Shown: one piece after another, positions 28,067 through 41,803 of the stretch
How positions within the stretch are numbered: the first letter of the stretch is position 1
How the letters are laid out: each line of letters starts with the position of its first letter
DNA from: Yuukianura sp. NJ FZ-2021
Lineage: Eukaryota
DNA length: 64,000 nt
Reading direction: 5' to 3'
Assembly: GCA_046563655.1 (NCBI GenBank)
Contig: CM102284.1
Coordinates: 558,001-622,000, forward strand
Translations under genes and position numbers: made by a program
Notes under the pieces: generated by a model
What the model was told of the DNA's origin: nothing
The model's input: only the letters and a program-made list of their open reading frames with translations
The model's database searches: none

Positions 28067-28789
28067 GCAAAAATATCCTAGAACCTTGGTATCCAATTAA
28101 TTGGAAAGTACTGAACTTTGTTTTGTTACGTTTATTTAATTTAACGGTAGTTAACTTAATGGTAACTTAACGAAAGAGTGGAAATTGTAGTTACATTAAA
28201 CGTAAGGACGTAGTACATATAAATATCTGTTGGATCATTCGTTGTACATGATCAACATTCTACTACTCCATAAAAGGCACACATTGGTGTTAGTTTCAAA
28301 TAAAGCTGTACCTAACAAAAACACTATGATAAAAAAGTTATATAGAACATTTCAAAAAATGCTTAAAATAACTTAAGTTCCATAATCGGGTTCAGCTACT
28401 CAGAGTACCCTACAAAACCATGTTTTGAGCTGTATCGAAGACAAAGATTTAGATTTTTTTTTAAGGAGAGACAGGAGGTCAATAAAAACAACGCCAAAGA
28501 ACGTTTTGTAGACATGGCAACGACTGAGAATTGAGAAATCCCACATTACGTAATCACGCAAAACCCGGAGGGGTGGATTCTTAACGATTGAAATTTTGCA
28601 CAACTCATACTAGCTCGCGAATCACTGCGTTGGATTTCAAATTTGAGGCTCCTTCGCGGGTTTTTCTAAATGGGTATGGCGAAGTGGATAAGCCACTTCT
28701 GAGACTCAATTCTCAAGTCGCCCCAACTCTTAGTGACGTAATGCGAAATAATAAATTGTAAACAAGAAATTCGTGAACTCTGACCCAAT

Positions 28790-29106
28790 CTTCTGGTGCA
28801 ATTCCTGACTGATTGGTAAGACCCTCAGAAAACTACGACCACACTTTTCGCATTAGCACACGCTAATAAACAGCACACCTGACGATTATTTGACGAAAAC
28901 AGGACCCTTCACCCAGAAAACTTAGGTTTTCTGGGTTTTCCCAGGATTTCAGAAACATCTTCCAGAAAACCTAAGTTTTCTGGGCGAAGGGTCCTGTTTT
29001 CGTCAAATAATCGTCAGGTGCGCTGTTTATTAGCGTGTGCTAATGCGAAAAGTGTGGTCGTAGTTTTCTGAGGGTCTTACCAATCAGTCAGGAAGTGCAC
29101 CAGAAG
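28790..29106. repeat. Long near-perfect inverted repeat (145-bp arms, 27-bp spacer)
   Basis: 28790-28934 is the reverse complement of 28962-29106 with about 3 mismatches. Confidence 0.95.
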
Positions 29107-32100
29107 TCTAATGGGAAAATGGGTAATAAGCGAATCTGTCCATCGTAATCTTAACACAAAAATTATAGGGCCTACTATTTTTCAATTTCCTAACACATAA
29201 TTCGTATTTCCGGCCACGATCAGCGGCAAAGAATATTTAAAGAAAATCGGAGTTGGGCAAGAATGTTAACGTTTTTCCAGAGTACCTTAACTGAGTCTTG
29301 TTTGAGATATTTGAAACAAGCGTTTAGTTTGTTTTTTGAAGTAAAGGGAGCTTTTTATAAAGGTGGGATCCAAGAAATGCAGGTTTTCGTCAATGGAAAC
29401 AAATAGCTTTTTGAAATTTTGAAAAATGGTATTCTAGCAGCAATTTTGGGTTTAGATATCTCGCAGGTCAAAGCTATTTATGAACGGCAAAATTTTCAAA
29501 CCTTTAATTCTGACACAACATGCAAATAAATAATATTATTAATTAAAACTTGAAACAAAATTCAGTTTTTTGATTTATTTTCTTATATATTATTCAATTA
29601 TAATAATTTTTTACTTTAAGTTCAAAGCCGTTCTGTTTCAGATTCTGAACCGTGTACTTCTGCGCTGTGCACAGAAGTTCACTCACACTCCGTAATCACC
29701 TTTGACCTCTGACCCAATAGCCGTGTTATGTTCACTGTCACGTCTTTTGCTGTTGTGTTCCTTCTCAACTACGTTTGACGCAAGCACACTATAGCGGTTG
29801 CCATCCTTGTCGTTTTCCATGTCAAGCCCCACTTTGTCGGAAGTTTTTGAACTGACATTTGCGTCTTGAACACCACCCACGACTTCAGTGTCATCATTTT
29901 CTAGATCTATCTATCTAATCTATCGGTTTTGTGACGGGACGAGACACCGAAGGAAGCGCGGGAACTCTTAGTTGTAAGCACACATATGAACAGGTATAGG
30001 ATCCATACATTGAGTCAATAAATGGGGTTCATTGGGAGAACATCTCCCCACCAAATCTCCAGTCTAGATTTGTCATATCATTTATTCCACAAGTCCTTGT
30101 GTCATTCGAGGTCACTCATCGCATCGACAGGCCATCGCTGACGATTAGCGAAGAGTGCACCCGTCACTTCCCTCTCAAAACTTCGGAAAATTTTCAACTG
30201 CTTCGACAGTTTAACTAGGTGAAAGACGCAGACAACTCATTTCCAATTATCAACATGATGTTTCGGGTAAGACGGTTACATTCATATCTTTTTATCCGAT
30301 CAGATTTTTATACACAGAGATGTTGTCGAAAGGCCACAATCCCCAAACCCGACTACCGTTTGAAACCGGACTAGTTCAAATTCAAGATGCTGTCGAAGCA
30401 GTTGATAAAACGAAAAGTTTCCGAAGTTTAACAGACAAAATGAGCTCTGAAACCTTCAAAGGTTTATTAAAAAAAGTTCCAAGTTCGAAAGGTCAAATTG
30501 AAGGCCAGAGGCGAGTAAACTTTTGTCTCCTGGCGTTATGTCGAGACCCTTAAAATACCTCAATTTTCAAAAATAGCACATCCAAAATACCAAAATCCAA
30601 GTCGTCCTGCCCTTCATTTCATTAGAATTTATTTATTTTTCATTCTTAGGCGCATTTGTTACTAACTAGACGGGCATCAACTGCCAACGGCGCACCGTCT
30701 GGCGGTGTTCTGTCAGTAATTCATGAAGAATCTGAATCTGGTACGTTGTCAGCCGTCAAGGCATGGTGCAATCAGACTTAGAAAATGAGCAATTGGTCCC
30801 GATTTAATAAATCCATTTAGTCCAAACTCAAACCCCCAACACCCAATTAAATACTAGTATGCAGGTAGGAGTAAATTCTAACAATTCAGTAGTCATCTCC
30901 GTTAGGAATGAAGAAAGCGTTATAGACGCAAAAAGTCCAACCTTGCGAATTCGTGAAAACTTCAAGAGAACGTTACAAAGGGTGGGTATAACACTCCCTG
31001 TAGTCGAAGTCAGATTCCGCGCAGAAAATCAGCGAAATCTAGTACTTAATAGGTTACAATGAATGCCCAAAAGAAATTGAAAATTTACATCAACGAAAAT
31101 TGCCCCCTACCTACATGCAAACAGTGCTACGAGTCTCTTGTGCCAAAAATTTTGCAAACTTTTGCTTGGCTCAACGATTAGCGTATGAACAGAGATACGC
31201 TGTCTTTGTCACACAGTTTAGAAATTGAGGTTGATACTTTTTTCTTTCCATAGTTTTCGCACACTTAACTCTCTGCCCGTCCAACCAAATGAGAAACTTG
31301 TCTTTAACAGGGTAAGTAGGCTACCAGAAAAAAAAAGAAGGTTTACGAGTCGTAAACGATCTCCAAAGCAAAGGCAGATTTTCTTTAGAAGAGGAAAAAT
31401 TCTAATTGTAGTAAAACCAAACCGTTGAACATTTGCATTGTTTCGTAACAAAAAACGAAAAAAATTCGAGTCCAACTTTCTTGACGCTTTGGTTTGGAAT
31501 ACAACAATTTCATCGTGAGTAGTACCACCTCCAAGACCAACTCGAGTTTATAAAAGGCCCTGCTACGATGTCAGCAAGGTCATTAAAATTCATCATAAAT
31601 TCAAAGAAAAACAGTTTGAAACTTTTTTTTGATAAAGCTTGAACGAACTATTGAACGTTAGGCCTCTGAGGTTAATTATGCAAAATTGCATAATTATAAT
31701 GCAAAATTGGTAATGAGAAAATTGAGAAAGGGACAACTAAGGCAGGACTACTTGGACACCATTGGACCCCTTGTGCATTCCTGGTGTATTTATAATTTTG
31801 TTCAGTTGTGGATTGGCGTTAGAACCATTGTGATTCTCCTTTCGGACGTCAATCGTATTCTGGCAGTCAGCAAGTTAGGATAACTTTGTAGAAGAAACTT
31901 TAAAGCGAATCTGTTCCAATACTTGAAAGAGTTTATACAAGTAGCATTCTGACAAAAATGCCGCACAATACAGTCATTGAGCGAAATTTGCCAGAGTTAA
32001 AGGCAAACTTTAATCTAAAGGCGGCATGACGCCATTTGCTGGCACAATGTATCTCATTCTTCCTTCCAGAATTCCCTGGAACAGTCCCTTCTGTAAGGCC

Positions 32101-35100
32101 TGCTTCGAGGTCAAGAGTTAGAGTCATCTCCGGCATTTAGTATGCGTCATACGAATTGAGTAAGCGTCATACTAATGTATGACGCTAATTCAATACTCGA
32201 TAATGCTACTTGATTACTTTACTTAACAGAGTGGTTTTTCGAAATTCTGAAATGACTTCCTTTAGGAATTTGAAATGCTGACCTTGAGTGACAAATTGTG
32301 AGTCAAGTTGCTTGTGACTTACAAGAGTAAATTTCAATTAAGAAATAGTAGAAGCTAGAAACAACCGACTTTTGACCGCAGAGGAATAAACGCCCATTCC
32401 CATTTTTTATTTGAAATTTTGAACCTAAAAGTAGGATTAGCTTGGGAAGGAATTTTGAGCACTTCAAGTACCCACTTTGTTTTTAACACTTTCCCCCACA
32501 TTTTCCTTTGTTTTCGAAGGGTGCGTTGTCGCCACATTTTATTTTTACAACAATTGAAATGCAGCGTGCAAAGGGAACGTAAGAATTTGCGAAAATTTTT
32601 AAAACAGAAAACGTTTCATCTTCTGCTCAACATGAAAGCTTTAGTGTTATTTGTATATTTGTATATTTGTATTCGGATTGAATTTTTAATGAAAACTAAA
32701 TTCAAGAAACAATTTTTACTAATTTTATTTGTAGTTTACTAATCATGTACCTAACACAAACTTTGTCCGAATTCTCCCGAGTAGTGTCCACTGTCGGTGA
32801 CGCTAGAGATTGACTCTAAGATTTCCATAGAAGACGGCAGTTCTCCCGGAATTGGAACTGAACCACGACTCCTTCTTTAATTTGAGTTAATTAAGATCTT
32901 GTAATCTTTAAGTGATCTTTAATAGATCTGGCAGTTGAGCATGTCGTATCGAGTCTTGTTTTTCACAAAGCTAAGGAACTGCACGAGGACTTCTTTAGCG
33001 AAAGGTAAGGTTAGCTTTTGACGAAATGTTAAATTTTATGTTTTTGACATTAGTTTTTACGTTAGAACTAACAAACATGACACAAAAAGTAAACCAAAGT
33101 GCAACACATCTTTGACAAAAGAGTACAATTTTTTTTTTGATTTTATAACAAACCGTAAGATGTTAGCTTATTCATGTTAGTTTGAATACTACACATTCAC
33201 AAATGCAGTTACTTTCAGCACTTCGGCTAGAATCTTAAGTTAATTAATTTTTTTCTTCAAACTTTGCATTTTTCAGACAATAAAAACAAATTTGATAATG
33301 ACATATTTCAAAATTCAGGCAACCCCAAAAATGGGAAAACTCATTTTGTTATTTAAACATTGTTAGTACATTCTACAAAAAAATTGGATTTGGAAAACTT
33401 AAAGTTAACAAGCTGAAAGTTAAAAAAATTTGGGGCGTGTAGGGAGGTTGACTGGAAAGAAAGGAGACACGCGACCGGAATGAAGATGGCGTACATGACG
33501 AGTACGCCATTTCAAGCACTTGTTTATGAACGTGAATGTTTTGTTCCATGGAGTTTGTGATTTAGGTGGAGCAGGAGGCTGGGTTCTTCATAATCCCCTT
33601 CTCCATGGCATTTCACTCGGTATTCCCTTCTGTGTAAGTGTAAGTGGAGTTTGTTAGTGAAGGATCACCAACATTAAAAATTAAGTTGTTTACGTCTTAC
33701 TTCCGGAAAGGTTAGTGCTGAAGATGACAGGACGAACTGCAGTATTCCAGCCTTCATTATTCACTTGTTAGCTAAGCCATTGATTAATTAATAGCTAACA
33801 ACTAAATAATTCAAAATTCACAAATTGAAATAAATTTGTTGTTCTTTTTATTTTACGAGTGACGACTGACAGTTTCGCTTCCGAAAGAACAGGACAGCAA
33901 CGTAAGGTACGATGTATTGGGTGACTAGGTGAACTGGTTCAGCTAACAATGGAGTTCGTTCCGGAAGGTAATACAACTTGAACTTTGCGCTCGGACCACA
34001 GAAAGAAACGGTGGCTCTTTTTCGCTTTCGTCGTATTAGGACGGGACCACAACCCACGTTCTACGGGTACAAGGTTCGTTCCATCATTAATGGCGAATTA
34101 GTGGAACTCATAATGGAGATGGACCGCTGCGGTATTTGGCAATTCGAATATAATATAATATATAAAAATAATATTAATGGATGACCACTGGTAATCCATT
34201 TCTAAAATTGTCAATCCGCTTTAACAGAATACATACGGTTGAACGGGAAAATTAAACGCTTGGAGCGGAGAGGATTTCTTCCGAGAAAGGTTATGCACTC
34301 GGTAGCAATAAATTAGAGTTTGAGGCTTGCAAAATTTTGCTGACTTGCGATTATCGTATGTAATGAGAAATTAATTTTAAAAGAAAAGAAATGAAGCAAA
34401 ACCACGTGTTGTGCCAGGCGAATTTGGATAAAAAAAACTGCTGTTTAACGTATAACTTCTTATAATTTTAGATCAGTTTCAAAATTTAGAGGTTTGTGAC
34501 TGCCTGAGTTGCCAGTTCGGAGATAACAGGGAATGCTTGTGCACAAAAGAACTTACAGCTTGACATCTCATAGGTTTCAGAGGGCTCTTAATCTGATACT
34601 CTAATTTGAATCTCAACATTCTGGAGCTCTTTTTAAATAAATTAACGCGTATTTTTTTTTAAATAACTCAAACTCGGAATCATGGTGCTCCAGAAAAGCA
34701 TCCAGGTAAGATGGTAGTAGTGTAACAAAAACCGTAACACAAATTTTCCTGTGCAGTTCGAGATACTAATTATCTGTCGTTTTCAACAAAAGAACAATAT
34801 CCTATCCCAACATCAGATTTATAGTTTGCAAATAATTTGCCTGCGTGTAACTTTTCCTCAGTTCTAGCTGCATTCTTGGCCTATAAAAGAACCCAGCTGG
34901 GCCAACACAATTCATCTGATTCTTCTTTGCGCAGAACTCCCTGGAACAGTCCCTTCTGCAAGGCCTCGCTGCGACGTCAGGAGTTAGTGTCATCGCCGAA
35001 ATTTAGTATTGAATAAAGAAAAGGTCAATACCTTATTTCATCGCAAACTTGCAATTCCGAGTTCAAAAACCTTTTTCTTTATAAAAATCCTAAGAATCAC

Positions 35101-35395
35101 TCTCTAATTGAGCGCAGTGTTACTTGCTAAGTCATACTTGGGCAAAAATGCTAGGGGATTTTTGACAGTTATATTTTAGTGGGTCTTATACGCGATTGCG
35201 TCATAATGCTGAGTAATAGGACGCAGTAGTAGTAATAATAGTATTTGCATTGGATTTGAGAAGAAAGGGAGAGGTGAGAAAACCACTTTTACCAAATATC
35301 TCAAACAACATATGTACCACTACCATGGCCTGTTAAAACTTCACTAAGTTATGTATCAAGGTTGTTTAAATTGAAATTTTCTTAGTTTTTTCTTA

Positions 35396-35611
35396 GCAGG
35401 TTATACCATAATTCTTTTCTTTTTTTTTCAAATTTTTTGAACCGCCGCACATATGACGCGGCTCCGTTGCGTTAGCAATTCGGAATCAACACTATGATTC
35501 AGCAACGGGAAAGTTAAAAAATTTCAAAAGAATGTTGTGAAAATCAACAACATTGGTACAAAAGTTGATTTTTCGTGTTTAAAAAAAAGTCGGAGTTACG
35601 GTATAACCTGT
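35396..35611. mobile_element. Putative TA-flanked MITE (~216 bp)
   Basis: Ends GCAGGTTATACCATAATTC and GAGTTACGGTATAACCTGT are imperfect inverted repeats, each flanked by TA. Confidence 0.5.
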
Positions 35612-35889
35612 TAGTGCATTTGTATAAATGGGCGCTATAGCAACCTTGGTTATGTAATCGTCGTGCAACTTGCAACTCCGATTTCAATCAATTTCTTTTG
35701 TAGGTCAACAAAACAAATCCGTCTTGTTCTAACCATAACCCTTTGAATGAATCTTAATGCTAATCTGTACGAATGTTAAACTAACTTAAGTTAAACTAAT
35801 AGTCTTGTTTTAGACAATTTGCTGAACCCGATTTCATCAATCTTAGCTTAATGAAACAACTTAGCTTTGCTGAGAATGTTCGGTTTTGT

Positions 35890-38800
35890 TCAGTTCCCGA
35901 GCGGAATGGGGTAAATGTGCCTGAAGTTTGGAAATTTTTCGGAAACTTTGAGCCAAGCCTCTTTGAATTCCGGAACAACCCAAAGCTCGTTAATTTTCTT
36001 CAGCGATTCTAGCAGCGTCTTGAGTTCGGCAGTTGATGCTTGAGCAATATACTCTCTGAGGATGAGTGACCATGATGGTCCATCACGGAAGCTGAAGACC
36101 AAAGCAGTTTGAGATGCAAGTGGATACTTGTTCATTTCAATTAGTTTAGCAATTAGCCTCCCTTTGCTCCTCTGTCGCAGGGCGTAAGCGTTCAACTGCA
36201 GCCCAGCAGCTTGTAAGGCTTTGACCAGATTCACAACACGTCTACACAAAATAAAAAAAAATCACAAGATTAGCAAGAATTCAAATTTTTGAATTACGCA
36301 ATCAACAGCCGATGCATCGGCGGAGAATTCCTCCTTACGTATTGGTCTCTTCCACTTGATACTGCTCGATATTTGCAAGCAAAGTGTTTTTGAGCTGGTT
36401 CACCGCCGCGGCTCCTTGCATCCTCTCAGCCTGCATTTTCGGAGGAACGTAAGATGCTTGATTCAAATACTCCGCGTGAATCGCTGAATATATCCGAGCG
36501 AACAATTCAGTGTCTCCGAATCGGAGCAGCGATTCTCCAAAAGCAGTCAGTTCTGGAAGTAGTCCAGTAGCTCCCTTCCTTCCTTGGATCCAAACTTCTA
36601 CAAAGTTCAAAACATTTTTTCAAAAACATTGTTTTTTTGTTTTTGTTTTTCAAAAAAAAATCTAAAATTTTGAAATTGATGTCTTGTTTACTCACCCAAG
36701 TAAATGTTGAGAAACGCAGTCTCCAGTGGAATCTCTCTGTCTCGCAGTTCTCTGAACATTGAAAGTATAGACATGACGTTCAGTATTGGCTCGATTATTG
36801 CCGTTTCAGTCTCGAATGATGAGAAGATCAAGTTGTAAAATGCTTCCAGTGTATCCAGTTCAGCATCAGAAGAAGTTGGAATGAACTTGGCCAAGTGTCT
36901 AGCAAGAGCAACTCCTTCGCCAGGTACAATGTCTCCTTCAGCATGAAAATTTCCCGGAAGTCGTACAATTTCGGTCACAATTTCCCAGATTTTGGCCATT
37001 TCAGAGCCACGGAGTCCATCGTTACAGAAGAAACTTGCTGCTGTGAGTAGAATGTCCTTCACATGAGAAAAACTTATTTGAGCCAATCGATGACACAGGC
37101 GGATCATATGTGGTCCAGACGCATCGCGATTTTCTAAAAAACGAGAAAAAATGAAATCATAAAACTTTTTTGAAAAGACAAAATCCTAAAACTTTTTTTT
37201 TTCATTTTTGAATTGAACTTATATGTGTCGAGGTCAACTTGACCTTTAACCTTGTCATACCTTCCAACAAAATGCGAAGGACGCTGAACGGATACTCTTT
37301 AGAGTAGAGCATGTCAGTGGACCAAAAATTTTTGAGTATCTTGCGTAGCTGGAAAAACTGAAGCGCCTTGTGATCCTGTATTCGACTGGCAAGCAATTTT
37401 CCACATTCGGTGTACCTTTCCCACGGTTCATTTTCTTTGTTGAGCAGATCTGGAGCCTAAAAATTTCAAAAAGTTCGTTTTTCATAAATTAACATGAACA
37501 GGTTTAGAAAACCAAAAACTTTTTCTAACCTGTCGAAACTGTTCCAAAATTCGGTTGAGCAATCGTTGAACCAACTCTTCTGAAAAATCGGTTTCCACAA
37601 TTTCGTCCAACGGTTTTGCAGTTTCAGAAAGTTCGTACCAAAACTTCAACTTCCGGACTCCCTCAGCATCGCATTTTCCAGTATGCTTGATAAGTTCCAG
37701 ACAATCTTCATAGGCTTCCGGTTTATCCGCTTTCAAAATCCGTTTGATCGTGTGCTGAAATACATAGAAACAAAAACCAATTAGGTAGCTCTTAAACCTT
37801 AGCCTAACACTTAGATTAGCCTAACTTAAAACCTAACCTGTTCACTTTTCTATTCTCGTGATGAAGTTGGAAAAATCTTGGAAAAACTATTTACAACTTT
37901 CTAGAATTCCTTGGAAGTTGACTGGGAAAGAGCAAGAAACCGACTGAATAGACAAGCAGAGTCTTTGACTTTGAACCTTGGCATCTCTCTCCTCAGTCAA
38001 TGTCCACAAAATGTATCAAGGACATTGGAAATGGATTATGGACAAGCATAATGCCACAAAACTCAGAATGAGTTTTTACAGAGTATTTACAGACTCAAGA
38101 AAAGAAAAAGAATGTTAATCTAATTGGAGGGGTGAATCAAGGACGAACTGTCTTAGGCCAGCTTTAGTTTCAATTCCTCCAACAGTGTTGTAGTCCAACT
38201 CCAACACAGCTCTAAACTTACGACCATAAAAAACTTCTCTAGCCGGATAAAGATAAAAACTAATTGAAAACTTACAACAACATGGTATCCATGGACACAT
38301 TTGGATGCAGACAGGTTGTACTTGTAGCGAAGGCATCTGTAAGGCACTTGGACTTTGATAATTTGAATCGTCTTTTGCAAAATGGCTGGTTCAGGGTCCC
38401 CTTCCACGCTCAACTGCAAAGCTCTGCTAACAATTCCTTCCATCGGAGGACGCCAAGGGACCGGCCATGCTTGGGACAAGGCGTGCACACAACGCAGGCG
38501 CACGATCGTCGATTCAATGTTGTCAGTAAGTGTGACAACACGATTTTCAAAGGGAATTGACTCTGCTCGCATGTAGTAAGTCACTTCGTTGGAGAGGAAC
38601 TGAAAATATATAAATAAAATACACAAATATATAATAAAATAATATAAATACAACATATAAATAATATAAATGTGTTCCTGCACTTACACCAATGTGCTGC
38701 TCAATGATTTCGTCGACGTTGAGACCATGGCGCTTCGCAAATGGAAACAAAAAATCCTTGAGGAAATACTCCACTTCTTCTTTTCCCCAAATCACGCCAA

Positions 38801-41800
38801 CCATCAAGTTGATCACATCTAGCTTCGGTTCCTAAAGTAATTCATCACCGTAATTATGTAATTGTAATTACATAAGTAATTCAGTAATTACACAAGTAAT
38901 TAGTCACTATGGGATCATGGCTTGAGACAAGGAATGCAGGGAAAAATTATAAAACCGGGTGGGACTCGAACCCACATCTTTACTCTAGGAAGAGCTTCAA
39001 CCATCGAGCTAATCAGGCTGTAGTCTAAAAACATTAAATATCAACGTTTTCTAATCGATTACTTACGTCCAAGTACTTGTCAAAGAGAATCCGAATCTTG
39101 TGGTTGGAGTAAAGTTGCGAAAGTTCGTTGAGTGCTTGGAGAATTGTTCTTAGTTTGTCCAGTATCTCTGTGCAAATGGCAGCACGTTCCAAATGTCTCG
39201 ATTCATTCAGATCACTTGCCTCCTGTAACTTCGTCTCCTCTTCTTCCACTGCCTTGACCAGAACTTCCACAAAGTCAATCCCCTCCTTTGGCCAGGCTAT
39301 CTCCCTCTCCAGATTCCTGATTTGACTGGTCACAAGGTAAACCAAAGCAGAGATCTTGGATCCCCCGTCACCATCTCCAGCAGCATTACGCTCACATTTG
39401 TCCAGAGCATGAGGGAAAATAGTTTTGAAGAGAGATACTGCCGAGTCGGAGTCCAGTCGATGCCAAAAGAGAGTTCGGAAGAATGGGGCGAATTGAGACA
39501 GTTGAATTTCTGCAAGGAATTCGTCACAGTGTCGCAACCAGATGATTTCACACTCATTGAACAGAAGCTAAAAAACATAAACAAAAATGTATGAAAGAAA
39601 ACCAAATTCTGAAAACTGAGAGAGCTCTGAAATCGAAAAACTGAAATCTGGAAACTAAGACAGAAAAGCTGAAGTCCGAAATCTGAAAACTGCTTACCTT
39701 TTGCAGAAATTCGCAGCACTGGAAGAACATTGAGGTGTTTGGTGAGCTGAATTCTTTCCAGCGCTCAATCCCTCCTCCAGGCACAACTTGTTGAAAAGTG
39801 TAAAACTTTTTCACAGTATTCAGAAGCCTTTTTCCAAAAAGCGTTCCGCTGCAGTCTTCGACTCTTTTGAGTCCAAATTGCAGCAATTCCTCTACCCATT
39901 CCAGTCTTGGGAGACTCGCCGATGCATCGGCAATAAAAGTACAAACAAACTCTGGATCTTTGATGCCCCCCAGGATCGGCATGATTTCTCTAAAAACTTC
40001 ATCCGCTTCAGTCTCATTCTTGGTCACTTGAAGTTGGGCATACCGAGCAGCCACTTTTGCTTTCCAGACAATGTCCATGTCCTTGCAGTATCTACTGGCC
40101 AGTAGTTCTGCCTTGTCGAACTTCCCTTTCAGAAGGAGATTTTTCAGTGAGATGTCGGTGGAGAATTCCTCCATGCGGTACACTTTAGTCGTTCCGTTGG
40201 CTCCAATTTCGATTATACTGGCGGGTTCTTCTTGTAATGTAGTGGAAGTTGGGAAAATGAAGGTTGGAAGTGAATCGTCTGTAGAAGAAAAAGGAATGCG
40301 GACGACGAATTCCATGTCAAAGCGCGGTGAAGATCCAATTCCAATGAAGTGATCGTTTTCTTCAACATGGGAGAAAATTATCCACAGTTTGAGAACGTCG
40401 CTGTTCATGACGACCAATGAGAAATCTTGAATCACGTGGTTTGGTGATGGCAGTTTCACGGCACCGACAAAGTATAAACCCTCTTCCAAGTATAACTCCA
40501 GTTTTCCATTTGAGAGAAGTAGAAAAATAATGCTAAAGTAATAAACAAAAAGTAAATAGTAATTAAGTAATTAGAAATACAAGTAATTCGTAATTAACTG
40601 TCAAGTTTCTGTTTCAGTCTGAAATGAAACTTATATCATGGAAGTATTTCTGTTAGTAATTCGTACCCATCGTATCGTGAGATTTTCTTGATCTTGACGG
40701 ATAAGCTTTTATCTTCAAACTCTGTAATTTCTGACAGCGGTGCAGTGAAAAAGTATTTCTGAGGTCGATCTTCGTTGTCCAGGAATGTAAACAGTGAAAC
40801 ATTGTTGTTCTTGTCCGAACTAATCATAAAGTGACGTTCGGGACAGCAGACTGACGAAATCTGAGAAAAAATCAAAAGCAGCGATCAGCTGTTATAATTT
40901 TTGTACAATCAAAGATTCAAAGATGAATAATATGAAATTGAAAGTCTGGAAACAGATTTTTATGAAATAGAAAATGTTTTTAACCAACCTGTGTACCCTG
41001 TGGAAGAACCCTGTGAGCAGTTCCTTTGATGGTGGCAATGTCGATGTCAATTGACAGATTGTCATCAATTGTTGTATCGAAAGATCCGGAAGACAAGCAG
41101 ACATCAATGAAGGTGTAGATTGTTCCGTCAACTCCAAGCACTAGCAAATCGATTTTACTTGGATCAGGGTTGGAGTGTATGAAAGCGTCAACGAAGAATC
41201 GGTCCACTGGTGTCTTGTCCATTGTACAAATGGTCCTAAATCGGAAGCATACATTTAAATAACACATGCAATTGCAAGTACTTGATACGTACGACAAATC
41301 TTCCAAAATATACGTTTATCCTACCGTGATTCCACAATTTGGAAGGTGCTTGGATTGATAAGCACTATCTTGGACGATGAAAGTCCAATCAAAAGAATGG
41401 ATCTGCGCCAAACAACGAAGTCAATTGGAGCATCAAACTCCATTTCATGTTGAACTTGATCCAGACCGGGAGCCAGAATAAGTAGGTCACAGTTCATGGC
41501 CACTCCAACAACACATCCTGGTCCCGAAGTAGTAGCAGCAGTAATCCTGGCAGTTGGAGGAAGCACGATCTGAAACAAGAACAACTTTCAATTAAGATTA
41601 TCATCCAATTCATGATTAATTCTTTTGTTAGTCAATTGACCAACCTTGTCGTGTCCATCGGATCCAGTGTCATCCCAGTTGAGCTCAATGCAAATCTTGG
41701 GGACGATTTCAAAGAGTTTATCAGTGTCGTCCCTTGCAGGACTGATTTTCGTCTCGTTCAAGTCCGCAGCACAAACTGTGGACGTTGATGGTCTCCACTT

Positions 41801-41803
41801 CAT
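35890..41803 (-). CDS. rod: Kinetochore protein Rod / KNTC1 (RZZ complex), 13 exons, ~1372 aa
   Basis: Exons 41645-41803, 41325-41569, 40989-41235, 40667-40860, 39698-40532, 39067-39567, 38688-38831, 38276-38599, 37530-37754, 37261-37456, 36696-37133, 36339-36597, 35890-36241 splice in frame (4119 nt). Rod-like segments recognised from memory of KNTC1: LKNLLLKGKFDKAELLASRYCKDMDIVWKAK, QAWPVPWRPPMEGIV, HTIKRILKADKPEAYEDCL, and the C-terminal WSLILREY...INELWVVPEFKEAWLKV. Confidence 0.8.
38910..39012 (-). mobile_element. tRNA-derived SINE-like element, copy B (in a rod intron)
   Basis: The reverse complement carries TAGCTCGATGGTTGAAGC...GGGTTCGAGTCCC and the tail TTCCTTGTCTCAAGCCATG. Confidence 0.65.

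Noticed and set aside
29683-29900. Exon-like hydrophilic minus-strand ORF
   Set aside because: No identifiable homology and no upstream exons could be linked; cannot be supported as a gene.
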